Shown: positions 10,245 to 21,148, counted from the first letter of the stretch. The stretch is DNA of 64,000 bases from an uncultured virus (IMG/VR IMGVR_UViG_3300032220_001209) (IMGVR_UViG_3300032220_001209), one strand, 5' to 3'. Program-made: numbers and translations. The notes: generated by a model not told the origin, from the sequence alone.

Positions 10245-11705
10245 TTATAGACTTAGGTTCCAGGTTCCTTTGCGATATTCGCCTTCAAAACTCAACAGCC
10301 AAGTTGCTCCATTCCATTTGTACTGCACACCTGTGTTAAGATTGGTAGTGTAAATTGTTGTCACTGTGGAATCATCAGAATTGGCATTGGCACTGGCATC
10401 AAACAATACATTCCATTGTGTGCCATTCCATTCTATAATGTCATTGGTCTGTGCCACTAGATCTGCACCACCAGTAGACTTCCAAGCATCTGCTCCATCC
10501 ACTTGACCAACAGCTCCTATGTCACTTAAAATTAATAATCTTAATCCTGCAATTTTGATGGCTGTAGGATTAAATGTTGAAGGATCTATAATGTAATCCA
10601 CAGTGCCTCTATTGGTCACTCCATTGATTAATGTGTTTGTAGGAATCGTGTCAGCGTCCCAATTTACTATGATTTGATTTTCATTGAGACTGTTCAAAGC
10701 AAATGTGCCTGACACAGTACTTTCCATGTCAGATCTTTCCAATAATATTCTGCTGATACCTGCTTGATAAATTCCTGGATATGCGTCTAATACTTTTCTC
10801 CAATTGGTGGTACCTACCACTCCTTTGTCTACAATTTGTACAATACTATTCAGTACCACAATGTCCCAATCGCTGATGGTAGTTCCTATCACAGCATCAG
10901 CATCAGTTCTGACAACTTTACTGGTGTCCACTGTTCCATCAGCAGTGGTATTAATGTCTGCTCTAGCAGTGTCAGTGGTCTCATCTGAATATGCTTTCAT
11001 TTCAGGCATACTCAATCCTAGATCAATATTGCCAGTCTGCTCATTAAAAATACTTGTAATAATTTTTGTAATCACTCCTAATTTTTTTACTTTGGTTGGT
11101 GGACTGATAAAAATTGGAGTGGTAAATTGTAGTGTGGCAATGTCTATTTCACTTTCAGTGCCTATGGGAATTCCTCTGGAACTAAAAGTCACACCATTAA
11201 GATCCAACACTGTTAAACTGGTCCAATCTACATAATTGTCAGTGGTTTGTATCTCAAGACTGGGATTGAACAACATCAATATTTGTTCTAATATTTGTAA
11301 TTTTTGATCTGTGTTGGTGGACCATATATCCACGTTGATGCCTAATGTGTAAGGAGTGGGCATCAATCTTTCCACAGTATAATTGGCTCCTTGCACGTTT
11401 AAATATTCTTCATTGTTTTCGTCAAATGCTCTTTCTCTCACATGCAATTTGCTCACATAAGAAGCGTCAGCAGTACGAGATCTATCCATTTCTAATGAGG
11501 TTATGTACACTGCCATTCGTGGAGCACTGGGAATTTTATTTTCGCTATTGTCTCTGATAATGTGTGCTACTTGTCTGGTAAGATCACCATACATCACTGG
11601 TATGGTTTTTAATTCACCCTTGCCATCTTTGTAGGAAAAATTGCTCATTAATCTCACAATTTGAGTGATATATCTGCGTATTTGACCGTCGTAAAAAAAT
11701 TGCAT
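10245..11705 (-). CDS. tail sheath stabilizer/terminator (T4 gp15-like) with C-terminal extension
   Basis: MQFFYD..IRRY, IPVMYG, PRM, PTPY..QILEQIL..FNP; neck gene cluster. Confidence 0.75.
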   Translation of the reverse strand: MQFFYDGQIRRYITQIVRLMSNFSYKDGKGELKTIPVMYGDLTRQVAHIIRDNSENKIPSAPRMAVYITSLEMDRSRTADASYVSKLHVRERAFDENNEEYLNVQGANYTVERLMPTPYTLGINVDIWSTNTDQKLQILEQILMLFNPSLEIQTTDNYVDWTSLTVLDLNGVTFSSRGIPIGTESEIDIATLQFTTPIFISPPTKVKKLGVITKIITSIFNEQTGNIDLGLSMPEMKAYSDETTDTARADINTTADGTVDTSKVVRTDADAVIGTTISDWDIVVLNSIVQIVDKGVVGTTNWRKVLDAYPGIYQAGISRILLERSDMESTVSGTFALNSLNENQIIVNWDADTIPTNTLINGVTNRGTVDYIIDPSTFNPTAIKIAGLRLLILSDIGAVGQVDGADAWKSTGGADLVAQTNDIIEWNGTQWNVLFDASANANSDDSTVTTIYTTNLNTGVQYKWNGATWLLSFEGEYRKGTWNLSL

Positions 11706-11707
11706 GT

Positions 11708-12865
11708 TTAATTGTCCGCTTTAGGTTTAAGTGCTTGTGATAAACTCTGTCTTTGTTCGATGGTTTGTCCAGCCACTGTGGTGGTGTTTGTGTTGTTCAC
11801 AAATCCCATTTTTTGTGTGTTTCTAGTATCTGTATTGGTCAAAGTCATACGCACTGCGTCTTCCATTTTGATCCAACGTGATCCGTCATATCTAAACAAT
11901 CTATTGGGTAAGAAATCTGTTCTTAAAAAATAATCACCTTTGGCAGAACCTATTGGGAAGCCTATGCCATGACCAAACACTTCGCCATTGGGAGCAAATC
12001 CGTCGCCTAATAGATAACCATCATAACCGTTTCTGTCTGGTGTTTGATTGATTCTATCTGCCATTTCATTGGCAGTGCTGGCATCCAATGTGTTGATATC
12101 TGTGGTAACCAATTCTGGTTTACCTTTGTCATCCACTTGTAATGTATAAAGATGTTTGGTATTGTATCCGCTTTTGCCTGAATCTGCTTCTGCTTGTGCC
12201 ACCACTGCTGCATTGATCTGCATTTCTTTTTCGTATGTGCTTAACACATCTCTCAGTGTGTTGCTGCTGCCTTCTTCTGCTGGCAAGTCCAGTATCTCTT
12301 TGAATTCTTGACTGTCTACTATTTGTTTAAGTTTTAATCTATAAAGATGTGGATACCAAGTGGGCGAAAATCCTTCTGCTGCTCTGTTTATATCTTGTAT
12401 CACATAAAATCTTTTTAAAGCAACCTGATAATCATTTAATGCGTGTTGGTCTTTGAGATGGGGTAATTCTATCACGTCTCCAGACATCAATTTTCTACCA
12501 ATGGTTTTTACAGAACTGTTGATGTGTACTGTGAGGAATATTGTGTCATTCTGTAAGAATAGGCCAAACTGACTCATGTCAAAATCAACATCATTCACAT
12601 TGTAGATACCTCTGATCTGATAGATGTTGGGATCATACTTTCTATCTCTATTTTCTAAGAATAATAGGTCTTGAATGTTGGTTTCTTTCACTGCATTGTA
12701 ATTGGGCTGAGTGGCTGTGGCATCGCCCTCGCTGGTATTCACAGGTCCAAGGTATTTGTGTACAAACACATCGGTACCGCCCACAGTGAACATTTCTGCT
12801 ATGGTCTGGTCTAAAAATGTGTAATCTTGACCCTTTTCTGGCTTGTACAAACTCAATCTTGGCAT
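11708..12865 (-). CDS. neck/head-closure protein (T4 gp14-like)
   Basis: DLLFLEN..SQFGL..GDVIELP; lies between gp15-like and gp13-like genes. Confidence 0.65.
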   Translation of the reverse strand: MPRLSLYKPEKGQDYTFLDQTIAEMFTVGGTDVFVHKYLGPVNTSEGDATATQPNYNAVKETNIQDLLFLENRDRKYDPNIYQIRGIYNVNDVDFDMSQFGLFLQNDTIFLTVHINSSVKTIGRKLMSGDVIELPHLKDQHALNDYQVALKRFYVIQDINRAAEGFSPTWYPHLYRLKLKQIVDSQEFKEILDLPAEEGSSNTLRDVLSTYEKEMQINAAVVAQAEADSGKSGYNTKHLYTLQVDDKGKPELVTTDINTLDASTANEMADRINQTPDRNGYDGYLLGDGFAPNGEVFGHGIGFPIGSAKGDYFLRTDFLPNRLFRYDGSRWIKMEDAVRMTLTNTDTRNTQKMGFVNNTNTTTVAGQTIEQRQSLSQALKPKADN

Positions 12866-12919
12866 GCGTATATTTATTCATGCATCATCCATTGATAAAT
12901 ATGTTATAGGATACACACA

Positions 12920-13678
12920 ATGAGCGATTTGCAAACACAACGTCAGGAGATATACGATTTCGTCAAAAACATGCTGGGCGGTGGCATGGTTGAAGTGGAA
13001 TTAGATCCCAGTCATTATGAAACTGCACTCGTAAGAACTTTGGGCAGATATCGTCAAAGATCCGACAATTCAGTGGAAGAAAGTTACATATTTTTAAACA
13101 CAGTATTGGATCAGAACAGTTACACACTGGCCAATGAAATCATGGAAGTGAGACAGTTATTCAGAAGATCAGTGGGATCACGTTCTGGTGGTGGAGATGG
13201 TGGCACATTGTTTGAACCTTTCAATCTAGCCTATACAAATACCTATCTATTGTCCAGTACCAATCTTGGCGGAATTGCCACCTACAACATGTTTTCACAA
13301 TATCAAGAATTAGTGGGCAGAATGTTTGGAAGTTTTATTGAATTCAAATGGAATCCAACCACCAAAGTATTGACACTGTTACAAAGACCCAGAGCCAATG
13401 AAACATTGCTGTTGCACGCCTATAATTATAGACCCGAAAGTCAGTTACTGCAGGATTACAAAGCTAGAGAATGGATCAAGAGTTATACTTTGGCCAATTG
13501 CAAATATATGCTGGGAGAAGCCAGATCCAAATTCAACACTGTGGCAGGCCCACAGGGAGGAACCACGCTGAACGGCGACACTTTGAAATCAGAAGCACAA
13601 GCTGAAATGGATAGATTGGATGCTGAATTGGCTACACAAATGGCTGGTGGTGTGGGTTATCATTTCACAATAGGTTAA
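12920..13678 (+). CDS. neck protein (T4 gp13-like)
   Basis: LGGGMVEVEL, WIKSYTLA..K..LGEARSKF..GPQGGTTLNG. Confidence 0.8.
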   Translation: MSDLQTQRQEIYDFVKNMLGGGMVEVELDPSHYETALVRTLGRYRQRSDNSVEESYIFLNTVLDQNSYTLANEIMEVRQLFRRSVGSRSGGGDGGTLFEPFNLAYTNTYLLSSTNLGGIATYNMFSQYQELVGRMFGSFIEFKWNPTTKVLTLLQRPRANETLLLHAYNYRPESQLLQDYKAREWIKSYTLANCKYMLGEARSKFNTVAGPQGGTTLNGDTLKSEAQAEMDRLDAELATQMAGGVGYHFTIG

Positions 13679-13685
13679 TATTTCA

Positions 13686-13714
13686 TTGACAATTGGTTAA
13701 ATTTAAAGTACAAT
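13686..13714 (+). promoter_or_regulatory. sigma70-type promoter
   Basis: TTGACA-17nt-TACAAT upstream of the dNMP kinase. Confidence 0.7.
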
Positions 13715-13728
13715 TAGTGTACTTTAAT

Positions 13729-14322
13729 ATGATTATCGGAATTTGCGGATTGATAGGCAGTGGCAAAGATACCATTGCTGACTGCCTGGTTGAACAACAC
13801 AATTTTCAAAAAATGTCTTTTGCTGACAAGCTCAAAGATGCAGTGGCCCAGATGTTTGAATGGGATAGACAGTTGCTGGATGGTAAAACAGATGAGAGTA
13901 GAATATGGCGTGAACAGCCAGATGCATATTGGAGCAAAGAAGTGGGCAGCACAGTAACTCCTAGATTGGCTTTACAAAAGTTTGGCACAGAATGCATGCG
14001 CAATGGATTCTACGATGGTATATGGGTCAGTTTGGCCAAAAAGAAAATCATGGATAATCCTCAAATAAACTGGGTGATTCCAGATGTGCGTTTTGTGAAT
14101 GAAGCTGACATGATCAAAACAGTGGGTGGCAAAGTATGGTGGGTTAAGAGAGGCACACTGCCATTATGGTTCAAAATATATCAAGATGTGGGAGTAGAAC
14201 CCAAAGAAATACATGCCAGTGAATGGGCTTGGGCTAGGTGTCAGTTTGACGCAGAGTTAACCAACAACAGCACTGTGCAGGATCTTAGAAATCAGGTACA
14301 AGGTCTCCTTGCACCCATTTAA
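13729..14322 (+). CDS. deoxynucleoside monophosphate kinase (T4 gp1-like)
   Basis: GLIGSGKDT, SFADKLK, TPRLALQKFGTE, DVRFVNE, HASE. Confidence 0.9.
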   Translation: MIIGICGLIGSGKDTIADCLVEQHNFQKMSFADKLKDAVAQMFEWDRQLLDGKTDESRIWREQPDAYWSKEVGSTVTPRLALQKFGTECMRNGFYDGIWVSLAKKKIMDNPQINWVIPDVRFVNEADMIKTVGGKVWWVKRGTLPLWFKIYQDVGVEPKEIHASEWAWARCQFDAELTNNSTVQDLRNQVQGLLAPI

Positions 14323-14626
14323 TGCCTTGTGCTTGTAGCACTCGTTGACAATTAGCACATATTGTTTTTAAATTATTGAATCTACAATTGTTGAGATTGC
14401 CATCCACATGAAACACATTGAATTGCTGAGGATGTCGGCTTTTATGTGAGCATTTATCACACTCATTTTTTTTGACATATCCTGATTGTTGCCATTTGGG
14501 CTGACCCATGGGCTTACCTTTGTAACGCACACACAACTCACACTGACTTCTGTAAAATACCTTGTTTGCTTTGTGATAATTCACAGCACAAGGGCGTTGT
14601 TTACAGGCTTTGCACAAAGGTCTCAT
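14285..14626 (-). CDS. Zn-binding HNH-like protein
   Basis: CxxC pairs; FHVDGNLNNC..NLKTICANC. Confidence 0.7.
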   Translation of the reverse strand: MRPLCKACKQRPCAVNYHKANKVFYRSQCELCVRYKGKPMGQPKWQQSGYVKKNECDKCSHKSRHPQQFNVFHVDGNLNNCRFNNLKTICANCQRVLQAQGIKWVQGDLVPDF

Positions 14627-14735
14627 ACCGTATTTAGCTGCCCTTTTTAGGCCCTTTTTGTTGGGATTAATGAGGTGTATTTTTGAGCTATCTGAATAAA
14701 TATATTCAAATAAGTCATAGATAGGAGAAAATAAT

Positions 14736-17700
14736 ATGGCATTAGTATCACCGGGCGTACAAGTTACAGTAATAGACGAAAGTTTTTATACACCAGCGGA
14801 ACCAGGTACGGTTCCAATGATTTTTATTACTACTGCTCAGGACAAAGCCAATTCATCTGGCACTGGCACTGCACAAGGTACTTTAGCAGCCAACGCTGGT
14901 AAACCTTATCTAATAACTTCTCAAAGAGATTTAAGTGAAACATTTGGTGATGCTGTTTTCTACACAGATTCAAACAATAATCCAATTCATGGTGGAGAAT
15001 TAAACGAATACGGTTTACAAGCTGCTTATTCTTTCTTAGGAGTCAGCAACAGAGCGTATGTGGTAAGAGCAGATGTTGATCTAGCTCAATTGACAGCTTC
15101 AGCTGAAGCTCCAGCTGGCACACCAGCCACTGGCACTTACTGGTTCGACACAGCCAATACCTTATTTGGAATATTTGAATGGAATTCAAATCCTATAACA
15201 TCTGTAGGTGGTCAAACATTTACAAACCAAGTACCCACAGTGATCACATTAGAAACTGTTGATCAATTAGTGGGAGAAACTGCTGGCAATGCTCCCAAAG
15301 GATCAGTAGGTCAAATCGGAGATTATCTAATCAATGCCACCACAACTTTCAATGATTTATACTACAAAAATTACTTAGGTAGTTGGGTTCAAGTGGGATC
15401 AACTGCTTGGAAGGCCAGTCATCCAACAGCATTAGCATCTAATCAAAACGTAAATTCTACTTCAGGTAGTTTTACTATTAACGGAACTCCTATCACAGGA
15501 ACTTCTTACACTCAAGTAATTTCCAACATTAACTCAGCAGGTATCGCTGGAGTTACTGCTGCTGCTATTGATAGTGCTGTGGCAATTTTTTCAACTACTA
15601 GTAATTTGACTTTTGTTAACACTAGTGGAACTTTGTTATCAGATTTAGGATTAGTTGCTAAAACTTATTATATTCCTTCAGTAGTAGTTCAACCTCATAC
15701 TTCGATTCCAGCATTTAAGTCTTCAGATGCTAATCCAAGACCAACAGGTTCTTTATGGATTAAAATCACATCTCCAAATCTTGGTGCAAAATTCAAAGTA
15801 AAAAAATTTAACGGAACCACTAATTTATGGGAAGACATTTCTGCTCCATTGTACAACAGCAATGAATCTGCACTGTATAATTTAGACAGAACAGGTGGTG
15901 GAACAAATATTCCAGTGGGATCATTGTATGTTAATTCCAACAACAGCAGTGACGAAGTTGACTTTATCATTAGAAGAAAAGAAAATAGTGGAGCAACTAT
16001 TATTAAATCTAGCGTGATAACCACTCAGTGCGTGGCAGGAACTTACAGTTTCACTATGCAAGAATCATTGGCTGGTTCAGAAACATTAGGCTCTGCACAA
16101 ACAATCACAGTAACAACTGTTGGAGCTTCAGGAGACAAAGACACCATTGCAAATGCTATCAATGCCAAAGGATTTACCAACATTGAAGCAAGTGTAGATT
16201 CTTCAAATAGAATTGTGATATCACACAATGCTAGCGGTGACATCAAAATCACTGACACTGATGATCTATTGAGCTTGGCTGGATTTGTGGGCGAAGTAAC
16301 TACCAATTTATACAACGACGATGCCACTGATGGATCAACAAATCCTGTGGTATTAAGAGCCAGCAATTGGAAAATTTTATCTTACACAGCTGGAAACAAT
16401 GCTCCGACCAGTTTAACTGCTGATGGTGAACTATGGTACAATTCAGTGGTTGACGAAGTGGACATTATGTATCATAACGGAACCACATGGAAAGGTTATA
16501 GAGATGCAGCAGCATTACCAAACACTGATCCACTGGGACCTATCGTATCAGCCACCAAACCAACTTTACAATCTGATGAGACAGCGTTAGTGACTGGTGA
16601 TTTATGGATTGATACCAGCGACTTAGAAAACTATCCTCAGATTTACAGATACAACGCTGCTACAGCAGCATGGACATTGATCGATAATTCAGATCAAACC
16701 ACTGAAGATGGAATCATATTTGCTGATGCAAGATACAGCACCACAGGTGCATTGAGCGAAACAGCAGCCAGCATTGAAGACTTGTTGACTTCTAACTTTG
16801 TTGATTTTGATGCTCCAGATCCAGCATTATATCCCAAAGGCATGTTGTTGTTCAACACACGTAGAAGTGGTTACAATGTGAAAAAATTTGTGAGAAATTA
16901 CATTGATATCAATGACGACAACACAAGATTTGGCGATGAAGCCATGACCAACTACTATCCACACAGATGGACCACTGAATCAGGCAACCAAGAAAATGGT
17001 GCAGGTTCATTTGGTAGAAAAGCACAGCGAAAAGTAGTGGTTCAAAAATTACAAGCAGTGGTCAACAGCAATGATGAAATCAGAGATGATGCTTCAAGAA
17101 TATTCAATCTTATAGCATGTCCTGGTTATCCAGAATTGATTGCTGAGATGATCAATTTAAACTATGACAGAGGATTAAGTGCTTTTGTTATTGGAGATTC
17201 ACCATTCAGATTGACTCCAGATGCCACTTCATTGAATGAATGGGCAACTAACGTTAATCTTGCAGTGCAAGACAGCGATGCTGGATTAGTTTCATACGAT
17301 GAATACATGGGTGTGTTTTATCCATCAGGATTCACCAGTGACAACTTCGGCAATGACATTGTGGTACCAGCCAGTCATATGATATTAAGAACTTTTGCTC
17401 TAAGTGATCAAGTTTCTTATCCATGGTTTGCTCCAGCAGGAACCAGACGTGGAGGCATAACCAACGCTTCAGCAGCAGGATATATCAGCTCAGAAGGCGA
17501 ATTTATTTCTGTGGCTCTTAACGAAGGTCAAAGAGATACTCTTTACAGTTCAAATGTTAACCCAATCACGTTCATCACAGGAGCTGGTTTGGTCAACTAC
17601 GGACAAAAAACTAGAGCTAGAAATGCTTCAGCATTGGACAGAATCAATGTGGCAAGATTGGTGATTTACTTAAGAAGTCAATTGAACAGATTGGCTAAAC

Positions 17701-17954
17701 CTTATGTGTTTGAACCCAATGATAAAATCACTAGAGATGAAATTAAACAACAAGCAGAAAGTTTATTGCTAGAGCTAGTGGGACAAAGAGCACTGTACGA
17801 CTTTATCGTAGTGTGCGACGAATCCAACAATACTCCAGCCAGAATAGATCGTAATGAATTGTACTTGGACATAGCAATTGAACCAGTCAAAGCAGTTGAG
17901 TTCATTTACATACCGTTACGTTTGAAAAACACAGGAGAAATATCAGGTTTATAA
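14736..17954 (+). CDS. tail sheath protein (gp18-like) with large inserted domains
   Basis: MALVSPGV, WFAPAGTRRG, RINVARL, FEPND, CDESNNTP..IDRNEL; SD AGGAGA. Confidence 0.93.
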   Translation: MALVSPGVQVTVIDESFYTPAEPGTVPMIFITTAQDKANSSGTGTAQGTLAANAGKPYLITSQRDLSETFGDAVFYTDSNNNPIHGGELNEYGLQAAYSFLGVSNRAYVVRADVDLAQLTASAEAPAGTPATGTYWFDTANTLFGIFEWNSNPITSVGGQTFTNQVPTVITLETVDQLVGETAGNAPKGSVGQIGDYLINATTTFNDLYYKNYLGSWVQVGSTAWKASHPTALASNQNVNSTSGSFTINGTPITGTSYTQVISNINSAGIAGVTAAAIDSAVAIFSTTSNLTFVNTSGTLLSDLGLVAKTYYIPSVVVQPHTSIPAFKSSDANPRPTGSLWIKITSPNLGAKFKVKKFNGTTNLWEDISAPLYNSNESALYNLDRTGGGTNIPVGSLYVNSNNSSDEVDFIIRRKENSGATIIKSSVITTQCVAGTYSFTMQESLAGSETLGSAQTITVTTVGASGDKDTIANAINAKGFTNIEASVDSSNRIVISHNASGDIKITDTDDLLSLAGFVGEVTTNLYNDDATDGSTNPVVLRASNWKILSYTAGNNAPTSLTADGELWYNSVVDEVDIMYHNGTTWKGYRDAAALPNTDPLGPIVSATKPTLQSDETALVTGDLWIDTSDLENYPQIYRYNAATAAWTLIDNSDQTTEDGIIFADARYSTTGALSETAASIEDLLTSNFVDFDAPDPALYPKGMLLFNTRRSGYNVKKFVRNYIDINDDNTRFGDEAMTNYYPHRWTTESGNQENGAGSFGRKAQRKVVVQKLQAVVNSNDEIRDDASRIFNLIACPGYPELIAEMINLNYDRGLSAFVIGDSPFRLTPDATSLNEWATNVNLAVQDSDAGLVSYDEYMGVFYPSGFTSDNFGNDIVVPASHMILRTFALSDQVSYPWFAPAGTRRGGITNASAAGYISSEGEFISVALNEGQRDTLYSSNVNPITFITGAGLVNYGQKTRARNASALDRINVARLVIYLRSQLNRLAKPYVFEPNDKITRDEIKQQAESLLLELVGQRALYDFIVVCDESNNTPARIDRNELYLDIAIEPVKAVEFIYIPLRLKNTGEISGL

Positions 17955-17960
17955 TAACTT

Positions 17961-17968
17961 TATAAATA
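17961..17968 (+). promoter_or_regulatory. T4-type late promoter TATAAATA
   Basis: Perfect consensus upstream of the tail tube gene. Confidence 0.8.
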
Positions 17969-17986
17969 CTAGCAATAGGAGAAACA

Positions 17987-18613
17987 ATGAGTATATCTAC
18001 ACTATCTAAATTGACAGTACCTTTGGCCAGCAACGCAAGTGCAGGCAATCAAGGTCTATTGATGCCAAAACTACAATATCGTTTCAGAGTATCTTTAGAA
18101 AACTTTGGTGTGTCAACTCCCACCACAGAATTAACCAAACAAGTGATGGATGTGACCAGACCCAATGTAAGTTTTGAAAACATCACTTTGGATGTGTACA
18201 ATTCAAAAGTTTATCTAGCTGGCAAACACACTTGGGAGCCAATCACATTAAATTTAAGAGAAGATGTCAACAACAACGTACAGAAATTAGTGGGCGAACA
18301 ATTACAGAAACAATTTGATTTCTATGAACAATCAGCTGCTGCTTCAGGATCTGATTATAAATTTGTTACCCGAATTGAAATATTAGATGGCGGTAATGGA
18401 GCAAATGCTGCCAACATATTGGAAACTTTCGAACTGTATGGTTGCTTCATTGAAACAGCCAATTACAATACACTGGCATATGAAACCAATTTGCCAGTCA
18501 CAGTGGCTTTGACTATCAGATATGACAATGCTATCCAAACACCACAAGGCACAGGCATTGGCACAGCAGTGGGCAGAACAATCAACACATTGGCCACAGG
18601 CGGCGGACAGTAA
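17987..18613 (+). CDS. tail tube protein (gp19-like)
   Basis: PKLQYRFRV, AGKHTWEPI, L..RYDNA; follows the sheath gene. Confidence 0.85.
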   Translation: MSISTLSKLTVPLASNASAGNQGLLMPKLQYRFRVSLENFGVSTPTTELTKQVMDVTRPNVSFENITLDVYNSKVYLAGKHTWEPITLNLREDVNNNVQKLVGEQLQKQFDFYEQSAAASGSDYKFVTRIEILDGGNGANAANILETFELYGCFIETANYNTLAYETNLPVTVALTIRYDNAIQTPQGTGIGTAVGRTINTLATGGGQ

Positions 18614-18635
18614 TCGCAACATCATAAATTGATTC

Positions 18636-18665
18636 AAAAAAGGGGTCTAAATGGCCCCTTTTTTT
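18636..18665 (+). terminator. intrinsic terminator (possibly bidirectional)
   Basis: A6-GGGGTC-taaat-GGCCCC-T7. Confidence 0.8.
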
Positions 18666-18703
18666 ATTTTAACAGCATAGATTTCACACACATAAATATT
18701 AGT

Positions 18704-19822
18704 ATGGCAAATTTGTTAAAAGGATTCCTAGATAATCTATTCAAAGGTACTCTTAATCCCAAAGGTAATCTTGCAGATTATCAACATGCAGCACGATTAT
18801 TTACGGATGATAGTTTTAGACTGTCACCCAAACAAAAATTTCTTTATCATGTATCATTCAATATCAATTCGGCTTCGGCAGTGACCATTCCTAATTTTAA
18901 TTCCACAGTGGGTGAAGAATTAAACATGCTGGTCAAGTCTGTGGATTTGCCCAAATACAGTATTGATACCATAACAAAAAATCAATACAATAAAAAAAGA
19001 AAATTACAGACCAGAATAAATTATGATCCCATAACCATAGTTTTTCACGATGACAATTATGGTATCACCACAGCCATGTGGCAGATGTATTATCAATATT
19101 ATTTTAGAGATGGAACCTATGGAAAAAAAGATCCCACCAATACCATGTCCAGCACTGTGCCAAAAGAATACAACAGAGGCAATGCTTTGAGTGGAGAAGA
19201 TGCCAACAAATACAAATATGGTATGGACTCTGACGTGAGCGCTCCTTTTTTTACCAGTATTCAAATCTATCAAATGGCTAGAAAAAGATATACCTGTTAC
19301 ACACTGATTAATCCCATAATAACTGCTTGGCAAGGAGACACATTGGCCTATGGTAATAATGACACTGTGGCAAACAGTATGACCATAGAATATGAGACAG
19401 TGTTTATGAGCAGAGGACCAGTCACAGCAGGAGCAGCTCCCAAAGGATTCGCCACTAGACATTACGACAAGACTCCCAGTCCTCTGTCGTTGGCAGGTGG
19501 TGGTACTACAAGTGTGTTTGGTGTAGGAGGAGTTTTAAGTGGACTGTTTGGTCTAGGTGGAGATAAGAGTGCTTTCAGTGATATCGAATCTGGTGGTAGT
19601 GGATCAGGTAGTTTGTTAAAAAAAGCCATTCAATCAGCCAATCGTATTAGAAATTTAAAAAAATTAAACAAAGAAGGATTAAGACAAGAAGGATATCAAA
19701 TATTAAAAGATGGTATTGGTGCTATCGGACAAACCAATGTGAGTGGTGTGGCCAACACAGTATTTCCTAAAAATACTCCAGCGGCCAATAATACAACTAA
19801 TGCTTTATTAAAAAAAATATAA
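18704..19822 (+). CDS. tube-fold baseplate/tube initiator protein (gp54/gp48-like)
   Basis: VKSVDLPKY..YDPITIVFHDD..MTIEYE; start trimmed to MANLL after CATAAATA. Confidence 0.6.
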   Translation: MANLLKGFLDNLFKGTLNPKGNLADYQHAARLFTDDSFRLSPKQKFLYHVSFNINSASAVTIPNFNSTVGEELNMLVKSVDLPKYSIDTITKNQYNKKRKLQTRINYDPITIVFHDDNYGITTAMWQMYYQYYFRDGTYGKKDPTNTMSSTVPKEYNRGNALSGEDANKYKYGMDSDVSAPFFTSIQIYQMARKRYTCYTLINPIITAWQGDTLAYGNNDTVANSMTIEYETVFMSRGPVTAGAAPKGFATRHYDKTPSPLSLAGGGTTSVFGVGGVLSGLFGLGGDKSAFSDIESGGSGSGSLLKKAIQSANRIRNLKKLNKEGLRQEGYQILKDGIGAIGQTNVSGVANTVFPKNTPAANNTTNALLKKI

Positions 19823-19825
19823 TTT

Positions 19826-20191
19826 ATGACTAATAATATTCCAGTTTCAAACAATGACAGCGCTGAACCAGTAAAAACTTTTTTTGACAAATATTTTACT
19901 GAACCAGTTAGTCTTCCAGCAGGTGAAATAGATGCTGTGATTGGATTTTTTGAAAAAAGAAAATTTGATAAAACCGCAGCAGTGAGTGTTGCTACAATCT
20001 TATTACAACAAGCTAAATTGGACAGTGTGAATGTGTTTGAATTGTTGGACACATTAAAAGGTTTAACTGAATTACAATTGAGCAATGTTGTTACTGAAAT
20101 ATTAAACGTGAACAGATCAAAAATTTCCACTTTAGGATTTAAAATTGCAGATCTAAGAAATCAATTTGAAAAACGCAACATAGTGGTATAA
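19826..20191 (+). CDS. hypothetical phage protein
   Basis: Co-oriented ORF tiling between its neighbours. Confidence 0.6.
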   Translation: MTNNIPVSNNDSAEPVKTFFDKYFTEPVSLPAGEIDAVIGFFEKRKFDKTAAVSVATILLQQAKLDSVNVFELLDTLKGLTELQLSNVVTEILNVNRSKISTLGFKIADLRNQFEKRNIVV

Positions 20192-20195
20192 TCCA

Positions 20196-20639
20196 ATGCC
20201 TAGACGTTTTGCTCAAGGCAAATTTACTTTAAAAAATCCTGACAAGTATATGGGCACCAAAGATCCTTTGTACAGATCCAGTTGGGAATTTGCTTTTATG
20301 AAATTTTGTGATGAAAGTCCTGCCATTGCCAAATGGGCCAGTGAAGCAGTGAGAATACCTTATAGAAATCCTCTCACAGGAAGATACACCATATATGTGC
20401 CAGATTTTTTTATCAACTATGTGGACAAAGGTGGACAAACACACGCTGAGATAGTGGAGATCAAACCACAGAATCAATCATTGAAGGAGAAGGTGGGAAA
20501 AAATTTAAACAATCAAGCCAGTTACATTTTGAACCGTGCCAAATGGGAAGCTGCCACTGTGTGGTGCCGTCAAAAAGGTTTAAGATTCAGAGTGATCAAC
20601 GAAACCGATATTTTTCACCAAGGCAACAAACGCCGATAA
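20196..20639 (+). CDS. head completion nuclease (T4 gp4-like, TnsA N-terminal fold)
   Basis: YRSSWE, WASE..IPY, YVPDF, EIKP. Confidence 0.85.
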   Translation: MPRRFAQGKFTLKNPDKYMGTKDPLYRSSWEFAFMKFCDESPAIAKWASEAVRIPYRNPLTGRYTIYVPDFFINYVDKGGQTHAEIVEIKPQNQSLKEKVGKNLNNQASYILNRAKWEAATVWCRQKGLRFRVINETDIFHQGNKRR

Positions 20640-20650
20640 ATAATACTATC

Positions 20651-21142
20651 ATGACCAAAAAATTAGAAGATCTATTGAATCTACCAGAATCCAAAGACAT
20701 TGTGATGGAAGAAAAAAACAAACAAGAACGTGACAAGTCATTGGAAGTTCAAAAAGAAACCATGAGAGACATTGCTGAATTTGACAAGATCACAGCAGCA
20801 CTGCCCATGGTGAAAGATCTGGGAGCCATAGCTGATGAAGAATTAGACGAGATTGCCAAAAAAGCCATGACTGCCTATGATGACTTGATGGACTTGGGCA
20901 TGAACGTGGAAAGTAGATACAGCGGCAGAGTGTTTGAAGTGGCTGGCAATATGTTAAAAACCACACTGGAAGCCAAAGCTGCCAAAATCGACAAAAAGCT
21001 CAAAATGATAGACCTACAAATCCGCAAGCAAAAGATGGATAGAGAGGGTGGAATAGACGATTCCAACATGGTACAGGGCGAAGGATACGTGGTCACTGAT
21101 CGCAATAGTTTAATTGAAAAACTCAAAAATATGGATAAATAA
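20651..21142 (+). CDS. terminase small subunit (gp16-like)
   Basis: Helical protein with RVFEVAGNMLK; upstream of the large terminase. Confidence 0.6.
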   Translation: MTKKLEDLLNLPESKDIVMEEKNKQERDKSLEVQKETMRDIAEFDKITAALPMVKDLGAIADEELDEIAKKAMTAYDDLMDLGMNVESRYSGRVFEVAGNMLKTTLEAKAAKIDKKLKMIDLQIRKQKMDREGGIDDSNMVQGEGYVVTDRNSLIEKLKNMDK

Positions 21143-21148
21143 ACACAT

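Noticed and set aside
14285..14626. HNH ORF as a mobile homing endonuclease
   Set aside because: The motif is degenerate (FHVDGN, CANCQ), it has its own late motif and it interrupts no gene; more likely a resident gene
14640..14659. GCCCTTTTT tandem repeat in the divergent promoter region
   Set aside because: Only two short copies; not enough to call a function
20196..20639. TnsA-like transposase / Tn7 element
   Set aside because: Matches the T4 gp4 head-completion family in a packaging context; no other transposon genes or ends
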